Below, piece by piece: positions 1 through 8,097 of a DNA stretch of 24,552 nucleotides. This stretch comes from a virus. The translations under genes and the position numbers were made by a program. The stretch's first letter is position 1; each line of letters starts with the position of its first letter. Below the pieces are notes generated by a model. The model saw only the letters and a program-made list of their open reading frames with translations. It was not told the DNA's origin and ran no database searches. The stretch is taken from UHGV virus genome UHGV-1720524. One strand, given 5' to 3'.

Positions 1-74
1 CCAGACGGGAAACTGAAAATGTGTTCACAGGTTGCTCCGGGCTATGAAATAGAAAAATGAATCCGTTGAAGCCT
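1..74. other. Host chromosomal flank (bacterial B arm of the lambda attachment site)
   Basis: Sequence ...CCGTTGAAGCCTGC immediately left of the core matches my recollection of the E. coli attB left arm; identity from memory only. Confidence 0.6.
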
Positions 75-162
75 GCTTTTTTATACTAAGTTGGCATTAT
101 AAAAAAGCATTGCTTATCAATTTGTTGCAACGAACAGGTCACTATCAGTCAAAATAAAATCA
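60..162. other. attL: attL (B-O-P') prophage/host junction: 15-bp core GCTTTTTTATACTAA at 75-89 followed by the lambda P' arm
   Basis: Core sequence seen directly at 75-89; downstream GTTGGCATTATAAAAAAGCATTGCTTATCAATTTGTTGCAACGAACAGGTCACTATCAGTCAAAATAAAATCATTATTTG matches the lambda P' arm (Int arm-type and IHF sites) as I recall it, and abuts the int stop. Confidence 0.85.
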
Positions 163-1233
163 TTATTTGATTTCAATTTTGTCCCACTCCCTGCCTCTGT
201 CATCACGATACTGTGATGCCATGGTGTCCGACTTATGCCCGAGAAGATGTTGAGCAAACTTATCGCTTATCTGCTTCTCATAGAGTCTTGCAGACAAACT
301 GCGCAACTCGTGAAAGGTAGGCGGATCCCCTTCGAAGGAAAGACCTGATGCTTTTCGTGCGCGCATAAAATACCTTGATACTGTGCCGGATGAAAGCGGT
401 TCACGACGAGTAGATGCAATTATGGTTTCTCCGCCAAGAATCTCTTTGCATTTATCAAGTGTTTCCTTCATTGATATCCCGAGAGCATCAACATGCAATG
501 TTGTTGGGATGGCAATTTTTACGCCTGTTTTGCTTTGCTCGACATAAAGATATCCATCTACGATATCAGACCACTTCATTTCGCATAAATCACCAACTCG
601 TTGCCCGGTAACAACAGCCAGTTCCATTGCAAGTCTGAGCCAACATGGTGATGATTCTGCTGCTTGATAAATTTTCAGGTATTCGTCAGCCGTAAGTCTT
701 GATCTCCTTACCTCTGATTTTGCTGCGCGAGTGGCAGCGACAGGGTTTGTTGTTATATGGCCTTCAGCTATTGCCTCTCGGAATGCATCGCTCAGTGTTG
801 ATCTGATTAACTTGGCTGACGCCGCCTTGCCCTCGTCTATGTATCCATTGAGCATTGCCGCAATTTCTTTTGTGGTGATGTCTTCAAGTGGAGCATCAGG
901 CAGACCCCTCCTTATTGCTTTAATTTTGCTCATGTAATTTATGAGTGTCTTCTGCTTGATTCCTCTGCTGGCCAGGATTTTTTCGTAGCGATCAAGCCAT
1001 GAATGTAACGTAACGGAATTATCACTGTTGATTCTCGCTGTCAGAGGCTTGTGTTTGTGTCCTGAAAATAACTCAATGTTGGCCTGTATAGCTTCAGTGA
1101 TTGCGATTCGCCTGTCTCTGCCTAATCCAAACTCTTTACCCGTCCTTGGGTCCCTGTAGCAGTAATATCCATTGTTTCTTATATAAAGGTTAGGGGGTAA
1201 ATCCCGGCGCTCATGACTTCGCCTTCTTCCCAT
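163..1233 (-). CDS. int: Tyrosine site-specific integrase, lambda Int (356 aa)
   Basis: ORF translation MGRRRSHERRDLPPNLYIRNNGYYCYRDPRTGKEF...DKIEIK matches lambda Int essentially along its length from memory; sits directly next to attL. Confidence 0.97.
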   Translation of the reverse strand: MGRRRSHERRDLPPNLYIRNNGYYCYRDPRTGKEFGLGRDRRIAITEAIQANIELFSGHKHKPLTARINSDNSVTLHSWLDRYEKILASRGIKQKTLINYMSKIKAIRRGLPDAPLEDITTKEIAAMLNGYIDEGKAASAKLIRSTLSDAFREAIAEGHITTNPVAATRAAKSEVRRSRLTADEYLKIYQAAESSPCWLRLAMELAVVTGQRVGDLCEMKWSDIVDGYLYVEQSKTGVKIAIPTTLHVDALGISMKETLDKCKEILGGETIIASTRREPLSSGTVSRYFMRARKASGLSFEGDPPTFHELRSLSARLYEKQISDKFAQHLLGHKSDTMASQYRDDRGREWDKIEIK

Positions 1234-1429
1234 TTCTGATCCTCTTCAAAAGGCTACCTGTTACTGGTCGATTTAAGTCAACCTTTACCGCTGATTCGTG
1301 GAACAGATACTCTCTTCCATCCTTAACCGGAGGAGGGAATATCCTGCACTCGCGTACCCATCGACGAACTGTTTCAAGGCTTCTTGGGCGTCGCTGGCGT
1401 GCGTTCCACTCCTGAAGTGTCAAGTACAT
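1211..1429 (-). CDS. xis: Excisionase, lambda Xis (72 aa)
   Basis: MYLTLQEWNARQRRPRSLETVRRWVRECRIFPPPVKDGREYLFHESAVKVDLNRPVTGSLLKRIRNGKKAKS matches lambda Xis; 3' end overlaps the int start as in lambda. Confidence 0.95.
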   Translation of the reverse strand: MYLTLQEWNARQRRPRSLETVRRWVRECRIFPPPVKDGREYLFHESAVKVDLNRPVTGSLLKRIRNGKKAKS

Positions 1430-1454
1430 CGCAAAGTCTCCGCAATTACACGCA

Positions 1455-1476
1455 AGAAAAAACCGCCATCAGGCGG
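1455..1476 (-). terminator. Intrinsic terminator upstream of xis (position of lambda tL3)
   Basis: On the minus strand GCCGCC-TGAT-GGCGG hairpin followed by TTTTTTCTTGCG; overlaps the stop of the small upstream ORF. Confidence 0.5.
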
Positions 1477-1636
1477 CTTGGTGTTCTTTCAGTTCTTCAA
1501 TTCGAATATTGGTTATGTCTGCATGTGCTATCTGCGCCCATATCATCCAGTGGTCGTAGCAGTCGTTGATGTTCTCCGCTTCGATAACTCTGTTGAATGG
1601 CTCTCCATTCCATTCTCCTGTGACTCGGAAGTGCAT
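1469..1636 (-). CDS. Small hypothetical protein (55 aa), lambda orf55-like
   Basis: Hand translation of the minus strand: MHFRVTGEWNGEPFNRVIEAENINDCYDHWMIWAQIAHADITNIRIEELKEHQAA; below the ORF-track length cutoff; position between xis and the ea8.5-like gene mirrors lambda. Confidence 0.45.
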   Translation of the reverse strand: MHFRVTGEWNGEPFNRVIEAENINDCYDHWMIWAQIAHADITNIRIEELKEHQAA

Positions 1637-1724
1637 TTATCATCTCCATAAAACAAAACCCGCCGTAGCGAGTTCAGATAAAATAAATCCCCGCGAGTGC
1701 GAGGATAGTTACTTGTTCATATTA

Positions 1725-2024
1725 TTAATCGTCAATGTATTTTGAGCATTGTGGGCAATCATCGATCCCACAATACGATTCATATGCATCCTTTATTGCG
1801 TCGCGGGCTTCAGTAAGAGTATTGAATAAGTTGCAGCTATTATCTTTTTGATATAGGTAAGTTCCTAATTTATAAGCAGAAGAAGCATCATTTCCGCTGT
1901 CTAAAATTACATCGTTATGGATTCTGCACCTTGCAAGAACTCCTGATCCCATAAGGGTCTGCATAGCCCATTGCTCTTGATCTTCACACAAATCATGAAT
2001 GCTCATTTCAACACCTCTCTTCAC
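1725..2024 (-). CDS. Ea8.5-family protein (Cys-rich, C-terminal CPxCxKxIDD motif); true start may be the internal Met (MSIHDL, ~2006)
   Basis: ORF with SGVL and C-terminal CPQCSKYIDD resembling lambda Ea8.5 as recalled; AT-rich gene with AT-rich upstream region. Confidence 0.55.
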   Translation of the reverse strand: MKRGVEMSIHDLCEDQEQWAMQTLMGSGVLARCRIHNDVILDSGNDASSAYKLGTYLYQKDNSCNLFNTLTEARDAIKDAYESYCGIDDCPQCSKYIDD

Positions 2025-2120
2025 GTTTCACACACGTTAAGATTAACAGTGTTTTTACATGCTTTGGGAGATTTATTTTATAAAAACTCTTTTAATACAA
2101 ATAGATATAATAGTTCACTA

Positions 2121-2918
2121 TTATAGCTCCTTTAATCGAGGCGGTTCTGGTAGAGGCATCCAGTGGGTTACACCGCCAATTGGCTCATCGTCGTCGTACT
2201 CCAATGCGGCTATATAGAACCCGTCACGACGAGAATAAGAAATCCCGGACATTACAATGCCATCCGAAACAACAATAATGTCACCCGTTTCTTTCGGCAT
2301 TCGCTCACTACAGCTTATCCAACCATCCGGAGTCACCGGAAGCGAGAACGGCAGCACATCTCTGTGAACAAGTTTTTGCTGTGACAGGTTATCCAGAACT
2401 TTCTGTACTGCTGCATCACCGAATACACCAAGCGCATCTGCCATAACTCCTACAACCTGATAAGCCTCAGCGCATACCGTGGATAAACCATCCGGAATTA
2501 CCGGAGAGTTGCCGGGTTCTTTAATGTGCAAGCGAGGCTCACCATCTTTTGGTTCAGGCCACTGGCGCTCCATGTTGATCTTCAATTTATCTTCCATAGC
2601 AGCGGTAATTTCAGCATCGCTGATGCCAGCACGGCGCTGTGCATCCCACAACAGGAAATGCATATCAGCCCACTCGCTGAGATCGTCTGGTTCGGCTGCG
2701 GCTTCCAGAGCCTCTTTTGAGAGGTGTTTCAGTGGACCAATGGGGCCAACGCAGCCAAATGTGGAGTCAGACCATTTGGCATGCTCGTGGCGAATCAGTT
2801 CGCGTTCCAGTGATGCCAGTGCAATTCGTGCCAGTTCCATTTGTTCGCCACGAGTAAGCCCGTTTTCAAGCGGATTTTTAATGAACAATTCAATACGTTC
2901 TTTGGTAATAGTGGTCAT
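2121..2918 (-). CDS. DUF551-family prophage protein (265 aa)
   Basis: C-terminal DGWISCSERMPKE...THWMPLPEPP resembles DUF551; shares the NSPVIPDG motif and N-terminal pattern with the ORF at 12912-13718. Confidence 0.5.
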   Translation of the reverse strand: MTTITKERIELFIKNPLENGLTRGEQMELARIALASLERELIRHEHAKWSDSTFGCVGPIGPLKHLSKEALEAAAEPDDLSEWADMHFLLWDAQRRAGISDAEITAAMEDKLKINMERQWPEPKDGEPRLHIKEPGNSPVIPDGLSTVCAEAYQVVGVMADALGVFGDAAVQKVLDNLSQQKLVHRDVLPFSLPVTPDGWISCSERMPKETGDIIVVSDGIVMSGISYSRRDGFYIAALEYDDDEPIGGVTHWMPLPEPPRLKEL

Positions 2919-2928
2919 TTGTTAGTCC

Positions 2929-3684
2929 TTAAACTGCTAGTTGCAATTGCATTTCAAAGCGGTCGCGTTGTTCACAATACGCAAGAGAACCAGGGCTATT
3001 GTGTGCCTCAATCCGTTCTACCATTAATGCTGCGCGTGTCTCTTTACTTGCAGGTGCATAAGCCCCAGACCAGGCTTTATCAATACCGATGTTTCGAGCG
3101 ACGTTCGTACTATCTGCGCTGGCTAAGGGTAATTTTGTGAATATCAGCGGATTTAACATGCGCAATCCATGTAGTTTCGTAACCGGCTGACCATGCCCAT
3201 CAACAATGTGACGAATCAGGTCTTTCATTCTGGCTACCGCAAGAGTTGGGCGCTTTACGTCATAGTCGCCACAACTACCGATAGCCACTCGCGGAAACTC
3301 ATTGCACAAATGAATAAATCGCGCGTCACTTTCATTCATGTGCCACACTGGAACGCCAGCTAGTTTTCCGTGAGGCCACTCATTCAGAAGCGCATCATTT
3401 TCCTCCTCTCCGCCATCAATAATATCCGGGATAATGGCAAAATCGAATCCTGGGTGATTCTTCCAGCGAGCAACAAACTCGTAGTAATCGCTCCAGTCGA
3501 TTTTGTTTTTGCCAGCTGCTTTCCAGGCGGTGAATGCACCGTTGTCCAGCGCGAACGACTGACAGTATTCAGCCGCGAGATTGATCTGGCCTGAATGCGC
3601 AAAACTGATAAACGCATGTCGCCCTTTCCATGCTCTCATTGCGCACGTATCAGGAGTAATAGGCCCACCGTGGTAGTGAATCAT
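2929..3684 (-). CDS. Candidate TGT-fold / DpdA-like DNA transglycosylase (about 251 aa from the Met at 3684)
   Basis: Motifs spaced like those of tRNA-guanine transglycosylase: FALDNGAFTAW (cf. LTDSGGFQ), RVAIGSCGD (cf. YAVGGLAVGE), KLHGLRMLNP (cf. RYLMGVGKPED), LASADSTNVA (cf. GIDMFDCV). Start placed at MIHYHGG because of the GGAGAG Shine-Dalgarno and stop/start coupling with the upstream gene. Assignment is tentative. Confidence 0.4.
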   Translation of the reverse strand: MIHYHGGPITPDTCAMRAWKGRHAFISFAHSGQINLAAEYCQSFALDNGAFTAWKAAGKNKIDWSDYYEFVARWKNHPGFDFAIIPDIIDGGEEENDALLNEWPHGKLAGVPVWHMNESDARFIHLCNEFPRVAIGSCGDYDVKRPTLAVARMKDLIRHIVDGHGQPVTKLHGLRMLNPLIFTKLPLASADSTNVARNIGIDKAWSGAYAPASKETRAALMVERIEAHNSPGSLAYCEQRDRFEMQLQLAV

Positions 3685-3685
3685 C

Positions 3686-4093
3686 TCACTCTCCTTTGAT
3701 GCGAATGCCAGTAGCGCGGATTGCATCGATGACTTCAGAAACTTTGTATGCCATTACCGTTTGGTAATCATCGTGAAAATCTGTTCGATGAAGCATGCTG
3801 CTACGTTCCGGGAGCAGTATTTCCCGCGCTTCCAGTTCTGCAATGCGCTTTTTTGCTGCTTCCAGTTCATCCAGTAATTCCAGCACGGTAGCCGGATTAG
3901 CCTTGGCAACAAAATCCCGGACTGGCTTACAATCAATCTCCGCAATGGGTTGATACGATGTGTAGCCATGCTGTCTTGTATAACTACCGTGACGAATAAC
4001 GAAAAAATCACCATTTATTTTTTTAGCCTGCCACTTATCTTCACCGGCTTTCTCTGCCGCTTCACGCAGTGCCTGAGAGTTAATTTCGCTCAC
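3686..4093 (-). CDS. Ea22-like protein (135 aa)
   Basis: Contains ANPATVLELLDELEAAKKRIAELE, a motif shared with the ORF at 12502-12915 and with lambda Ea22-type proteins as recalled. Confidence 0.55.
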   Translation of the reverse strand: MSEINSQALREAAEKAGEDKWQAKKINGDFFVIRHGSYTRQHGYTSYQPIAEIDCKPVRDFVAKANPATVLELLDELEAAKKRIAELEAREILLPERSSMLHRTDFHDDYQTVMAYKVSEVIDAIRATGIRIKGE

Positions 4094-4311
4094 TTCGAAC
4101 CTCTCTGTTTACTGATAAGCTCCAGATCCTCCTGGCAACTTGCACAAGTCCGACAACCCTGAACGACCAGGCGTCTTCGTTCATCTATCGGATCGCCACA
4201 CTCACAACAATGAGTGGCAGATACAGTCTGGTAGTTCAGACGACACATTTTTATTGCTGTGTTGCGCTGTAATTCTTCAATTTCTGATGCTGAATCAATG
4301 ATGTCTGCCAT
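4090..4311 (-). CDS. TraR/DksA-type C4 zinc-finger protein (73 aa)
   Basis: CCECGDPIDERRR...CRTCASCQ: four-Cys motif with the spacing typical of phage TraR/DksA-family proteins; 4-nt overlap with the upstream gene. Confidence 0.6.
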   Translation of the reverse strand: MADIIDSASEIEELQRNTAIKMCRLNYQTVSATHCCECGDPIDERRRLVVQGCRTCASCQEDLELISKQRGSK

Positions 4312-4409
4312 CTTCCATTAATCCCTGAATTGTTGGTTAATACGCTTGAGGGTGAATGCGAATAATAAAAAAGGAGCCTGTAGCTCCCTGATGATTTTGC
4401 TTTTCATGT

Positions 4410-4625
4410 TCATCGTTCCTTAAAGACGCCGTTTAACATGCCGATTGCCAGGCTTAAATGAGTCGGTGTGAATCCCATCAGCGTTACCGTTTCGCGGTGC
4501 TTCTTCAGTACGCTACGGCAAATGTCATCGACGTTTTTATCCGGAAACTGCTGTCTGGCTTTTTTGATTTCAGAATTAGCCTGACGGGCAATGCTGCGAA
4601 GGGCGTTTTCCTGCTGAGGTGTCAT
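4410..4625 (-). CDS. Hypothetical protein (71 aa from MTPQQENALRS; track start at 4691 is an alternative)
   Basis: ORF in the early-left operon; ATGA overlap with an upstream mini-ORF suggests the 4625 start. Confidence 0.4.
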   Translation of the reverse strand: MTPQQENALRSIARQANSEIKKARQQFPDKNVDDICRSVLKKHRETVTLMGFTPTHLSLAIGMLNGVFKER

Positions 4626-4705
4626 TGAACAAGTCCCATGTCGGCAAGCATAAGCACACAGAATATGAAGCCCGCTGCCAGAAAAATGCATTCAGTGGTT
4701 GTCAT
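4622..4705 (-). CDS. Candidate small hydrophobic peptide (27 aa, [27 protein letters not shown])
   Basis: Hand-translated mini-ORF whose ATG overlaps the stop of the 117-aa gene and whose TGA overlaps the next ATG (two ATGA couplings); single predicted transmembrane helix. Confidence 0.25.
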   Translation of the reverse strand: MTTTECIFLAAGFIFCVLMLADMGLVQ

Positions 4706-5055
4706 ACCTGGTCTCTCTCATCTGCTTCTGCTTTCGCCACCATCATTTCCAGCTTTTGTGAAAGGGATGCGGCTAACGTGTGAAATTCTTCGTCTGTTTC
4801 TACTGGTATTGGCACAAACCTGACTCCAATTTGAGCGAGGCTATGTGCCATCTCGATACTCGTTCTTAACTCAACGGGAGATGCTTTGTGCATACAGCCC
4901 CCCCATTTATTATTTATCTCCTCAGCCAGCCGCTGTGCTTTCAGGGGATTTCGGATTACAGAAAGGCCGGGAAATACCCAGCCTCGCTTTGTAACGGAGT
5001 AGACGAAAGTGATTGCGCCTACCCGGATATTATCGTGAGGATGCGTCATCGCCAT
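4702..5055 (-). CDS. Hypothetical protein (117 aa) immediately downstream of exo
   Basis: ORF in the position lambda uses for orf60a/orf63; no family recognised. Confidence 0.45.
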   Translation of the reverse strand: MAMTHPHDNIRVGAITFVYSVTKRGWVFPGLSVIRNPLKAQRLAEEINNKWGGCMHKASPVELRTSIEMAHSLAQIGVRFVPIPVETDEEFHTLAASLSQKLEMMVAKAEADERDQV

Positions 5056-5726
5056 TGCTCCCCAAATACAAAACCAATTTCAGCCAGTGCCTCGTCCATT
5101 TTTTCGATGAACTCCGGCACCATCTCGTCAAAACTCGCCATGTACTTTTCATTCCGCTCAATCACGACATAATGCAGGCCTTCACGCTTCATGCGCGGGT
5201 CATAGTTGGCAAAGTACCAGGCATCTTTTCGCGTCACCCACATGCTGTACTGCACCTGGGCCATGTAAGCCGATTTTATTGCCTCGAAACCACCGAGCCG
5301 GAATTTCATGAAATCCCGGGAGGTAAACGGGCATTTCAGTTCAAGGCCGTTGCCGTCACTGCATAAACCATCGGGAGAGCAGGCGGTGCGCATATTTTCG
5401 TCGCGATAGATGATCGGGGATTCAGTAATATTCACGCCGGAAGTGAATTCAAACAGGGTTCTGGCGTCGTTCTCGTACTGTTTTCCCCAGGCCAGCGCCT
5501 TAGCATTAACTTCCGGAGCCACACCGGTGCAAACCTCAGCCAGCAGGGTGTGGAAGTAGGACATTTTCATGTCAGGCCACTTCTTTCCTGAGCGGGGCTT
5601 TGCTATCACGTTGTGAACTTCTGAAGCGGTGATGACGCCGAGCCGTAATTTGTGCCATGCATCATCCCCCTGTTCGACAGCTCTCACGTCGATCCCGGTA
5701 CGCTGCAGGATAATGTCCGGTGTCAT
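5046..5726 (-). CDS. exo: Lambda exonuclease (Red-alpha), 226 aa
   Basis: [40 protein letters not shown]...FVFGEQWR matches lambda Exo from memory. Confidence 0.95.
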   Translation of the reverse strand: MTPDIILQRTGIDVRAVEQGDDAWHKLRLGVITASEVHNVIAKPRSGKKWPDMKMSYFHTLLAEVCTGVAPEVNAKALAWGKQYENDARTLFEFTSGVNITESPIIYRDENMRTACSPDGLCSDGNGLELKCPFTSRDFMKFRLGGFEAIKSAYMAQVQYSMWVTRKDAWYFANYDPRMKREGLHYVVIERNEKYMASFDEMVPEFIEKMDEALAEIGFVFGEQWR

Positions 5727-6508
5727 GCTGCCACCTTCTGCTCAGTGGCTTTCTGTTTCAGGAATCCAAGAGCTTTCACTGCTTCGGCCTGTGTCAGTTC
5801 TGACGATGCGCGAATGTCGCGGCGAAATATCTGGGAACAGAGCGGCAATAAGTCGTCATCCCATGTTTTATCCAGGGCGATCAGCAGAGTGTTAATCTCC
5901 TGCATGGTTTCATCGTTAACCGGAGTGATGTCGCGTTCTGGCTGACGTTCTGCAGTGTATGCAGTATTTTCGACAATGCGCTCGGCTTCATCCTTGTCAT
6001 AGATACCAGCAAATCCGAAGGCCAGACGGGCACACTGAATCATGGCTTTATGCCGTAACATCCGTTTGGGATGCGACTGCCACGGCCCCGTGATTTCTCT
6101 GCCTTCGCGAGTTTTGAATGGTTCGCGGCGGCATTCATCCATCCATTCGGTAACGCAGATCGGATGATTACGGTCCTTGCGGTAAATCCGGCATGTACAT
6201 GATTCATTGTCCTGCTCAAAGTCCATGCCATCAAACTGCTGGTTTTCATTGATGATGCGGGACCAGCCATCAACGCCCACCACCGGAACGATGCCGTTCT
6301 GCTTATCAGGGAAGGCGTAAATTTCTTTCGTCCACGGATTAAGGCCGTACTGGTTGGCGACGATCAACAATGCGATGAACTGCGCATCGCTGGCATCACC
6401 TTTAAATGCCGTCTGACGAAGAGTGGTGATCAGTTCCTGTGGGTCGACAGAATCCATGCCGACACGTTCAGCCAGCTTCCCAGCCAGCGTTGCGAGTGCA
6501 GTACTCAT
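5723..6508 (-). CDS. bet: Single-strand annealing protein Bet (Red-beta), 261 aa
   Basis: [66 protein letters not shown]... matches lambda Bet; overlaps the exo start as in lambda. Confidence 0.95.
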   Translation of the reverse strand: MSTALATLAGKLAERVGMDSVDPQELITTLRQTAFKGDASDAQFIALLIVANQYGLNPWTKEIYAFPDKQNGIVPVVGVDGWSRIINENQQFDGMDFEQDNESCTCRIYRKDRNHPICVTEWMDECRREPFKTREGREITGPWQSHPKRMLRHKAMIQCARLAFGFAGIYDKDEAERIVENTAYTAERQPERDITPVNDETMQEINTLLIALDKTWDDDLLPLCSQIFRRDIRASSELTQAEAVKALGFLKQKATEQKVAA

Positions 6509-6513
6509 TCGTT

Positions 6514-6810
6514 TTATACCTCTGAATCAATATCAACCTGATGGTGAGCAATGGTTTCAACCATGTACCGGATGTGTTCCGCCATGCGCTCCTGAAACTC
6601 AACATCGTCATCAAATGCACGGGTAATGGCTTTTTTGCTGGCCCCGTGGCGTTGCAAATGATCGATGCATAGCGATTCAAACAGGTGCTGGGGCAGGCCT
6701 TTTTCCATGTCGTCTGCCAGTTCTGCCTCTTTCTCTTCATGGGCGATCTGCTGGTAGTGACGCGCCCAGCTCTGAGCCTCAAGACGATCCTGAATGTAAT
6801 AAGCGTTCAT
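6514..6810 (-). CDS. gam: RecBCD inhibitor Gam (98-aa GamS form)
   Basis: [60 protein letters not shown]... matches lambda Gam. Confidence 0.93.
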   Translation of the reverse strand: MNAYYIQDRLEAQSWARHYQQIAHEEKEAELADDMEKGLPQHLFESLCIDHLQRHGASKKAITRAFDDDVEFQERMAEHIRYMVETIAHHQVDIDSEV

Positions 6811-6885
6811 GGCTGAACTCCTGAAAATGGCTGTGAAAATATCGCCCGCGAAATGCCAGGCTGATTAGGTAAACAGGAAAGGGGA

Positions 6886-7176
6886 TTAGTGATTCAGACC
6901 GTTGCCGCGCCCGTCGAGAAAAACTTCCACGAGCAAGTCACGGGTATAAGTGCGCTCGATGCCGCGATGCAGATAAAGCCGTCCGCGTAAATTAGCTGAT
7001 GCAGTCCAGGTACCATCTTTGTGTTTGACCAGCATTCCTGGCATGACCGCACCGCGATTAACGGTCTGCGTTCCGTAATGTTGATGAACCATAAAAACTC
7101 CTGCCCGTAAGCTGGGCTGCTGAACATATAAAGACTTCTGCGCGTATTCAGGCGGTGGATGGCCGCCGGTTGTCAT
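6886..7176 (-). CDS. Hypothetical basic protein (96 aa), first gene downstream of pL (kil/cIII/N position); an internal start at MVHQ (7125) with a GGAG Shine-Dalgarno is also possible
   Basis: Longest ORF in the 6811-7200 gap; a 77-aa ORF in another frame (6894-7127) overlaps it, so the true coding frame is uncertain. Confidence 0.35.
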   Translation of the reverse strand: MTTGGHPPPEYAQKSLYVQQPSLRAGVFMVHQHYGTQTVNRGAVMPGMLVKHKDGTWTASANLRGRLYLHRGIERTYTRDLLVEVFLDGRGNGLNH

Positions 7177-7369
7177 AACTAAGCCGCCTCGTTGAAGCGA
7201 CTAAGGTATGAAATGTTGAGTTGATTTCAGCTGGTCACACCGACGTTCACGCGTCCGTTTCATCCCTCGCACTACCCGAAGCCTGCTGAAATTCAAGCTG
7301 CGGATCTAAGCGGTCATCGCAACGGTGAAACAGGTGGTTACCGTATCGTTGTGTCGTTGCGATGAATTT

Positions 7370-7436
7370 ATTTAAAACTATAGTTGTTTTATCGTCAACA
7401 ACAAAAGTTGTTTTATCGGTTGTTTTAAATATAACT
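7370..7436 (-). promoter_or_regulatory. pL promoter with OL operator repeats
   Basis: On the minus strand GTTGTTGACGATAAAACAACTATAGTTTTAAAT (-35 TTGACG, 17-nt spacer, -10 TTAAAT) is nearly identical to the pR module at 9168-9200; surrounded by AACAAC-N4-GTTGTT dyads. Confidence 0.6.
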
Positions 7437-7536
7437 GGTTGTATTTAGGATGGATTTATTTTGTGACTTGCATCGCATAGCGATAACTGAAGTGAGGTCG
7501 TGGTGGTTTTTTGAACGGTGTGTGATGAGGGGAGGG

Positions 7537-7569
7537 CAAAATAAAACCCGGCACGGTGGCCGGGTTTAG
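7537..7569 (-). terminator. Intrinsic terminator ending the immunity-region transcript (tIMM-like)
   Basis: On the minus strand CCCGGC-CACCGT-GCCGGG stem-loop followed by TTTTATTTT, about 75 bp past the stop of the 147-aa gene. Confidence 0.65.
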
Positions 7570-7641
7570 ATGATTGGTTAAGAGCGAGGGTAATGGGGAA
7601 TGAAAAATCGCTTTACCTAATGCAAGGGTGCGAGCATTTTC

Positions 7642-8085
7642 TTAAGCACTAAAGAAAAAGTACATTGATAGCTTATAAAGTCCTGTTCCTGCAGCGATGA
7701 TTGCTGGAACACCAAGCAATACCGCAAGCTTTGCGTCTGAAATCTTTCTATCGACAGCATCACTTGATGGCTTGTTTGTTAAGGATTCTTTTATAGAGTC
7801 CAGACGTGCAAGAATAGTTATCATATTTTTGTCGATAGCTTTAACGTCTGTTTTAAGTTCATCAACGTCTCGTTTGATATGAGCAACATCGGACTCCAGT
7901 TTTGCAACTTTTTCAGGCATGTTATCACTCCCAGACCCACTGCTACCACTTGATTGTAGCATGTCCCATCTTTTTCCAGATATACCTGCTAGCTGGGAAG
8001 ACGCACTGGAGTGCAAACAAAATGATTTTGCCGCCTTTGCAATTTTATCATTTAGGTTTGGAGCTTCGTAATAATCGTGTTTCAT
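7642..8085 (-). CDS. Coiled-coil protein with C-terminal transmembrane helix (147 aa; XhlA-like architecture), distal gene of the repressor-linked moron
   Basis: Long ORF in very AT-rich DNA; heptad-like KLESDVAHIKRDVDELKTDVKAIDKNMITILARLDSIKESL followed by hydrophobic LAVLLGVPAIIAAGTGLYKL; occupies the rexB-equivalent position. Confidence 0.55.
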   Translation of the reverse strand: MKHDYYEAPNLNDKIAKAAKSFCLHSSASSQLAGISGKRWDMLQSSGSSGSGSDNMPEKVAKLESDVAHIKRDVDELKTDVKAIDKNMITILARLDSIKESLTNKPSSDAVDRKISDAKLAVLLGVPAIIAAGTGLYKLSMYFFFSA

Positions 8086-8097
8086 AATTAATTACGA

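Noticed and set aside
414-937. Plus-strand ORFs (65 and 68 aa) inside the int gene
   Set aside because: Antisense to a full-length, confidently identified integrase; no ribosome-binding sites or recognisable features; most likely chance ORFs.
1298-1651. Plus-strand ORFs (117 and 61 aa) overlapping xis and the small orf55-like gene
   Set aside because: Antisense to genes with lambda-like organisation; the region is better explained by xis, a terminator and a 55-aa minus-strand ORF.
7576-7584. Exact boxA-like 9-mer (CGCTCTTAA on the minus strand) just upstream of the immunity-region terminator
   Set aside because: It lies on the repressor side of pL, so it cannot be nutL for the pL transcript; a single 9-mer match has a non-trivial chance expectation in 24 kb. 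Recorded in case the promoter assignment is wrong.
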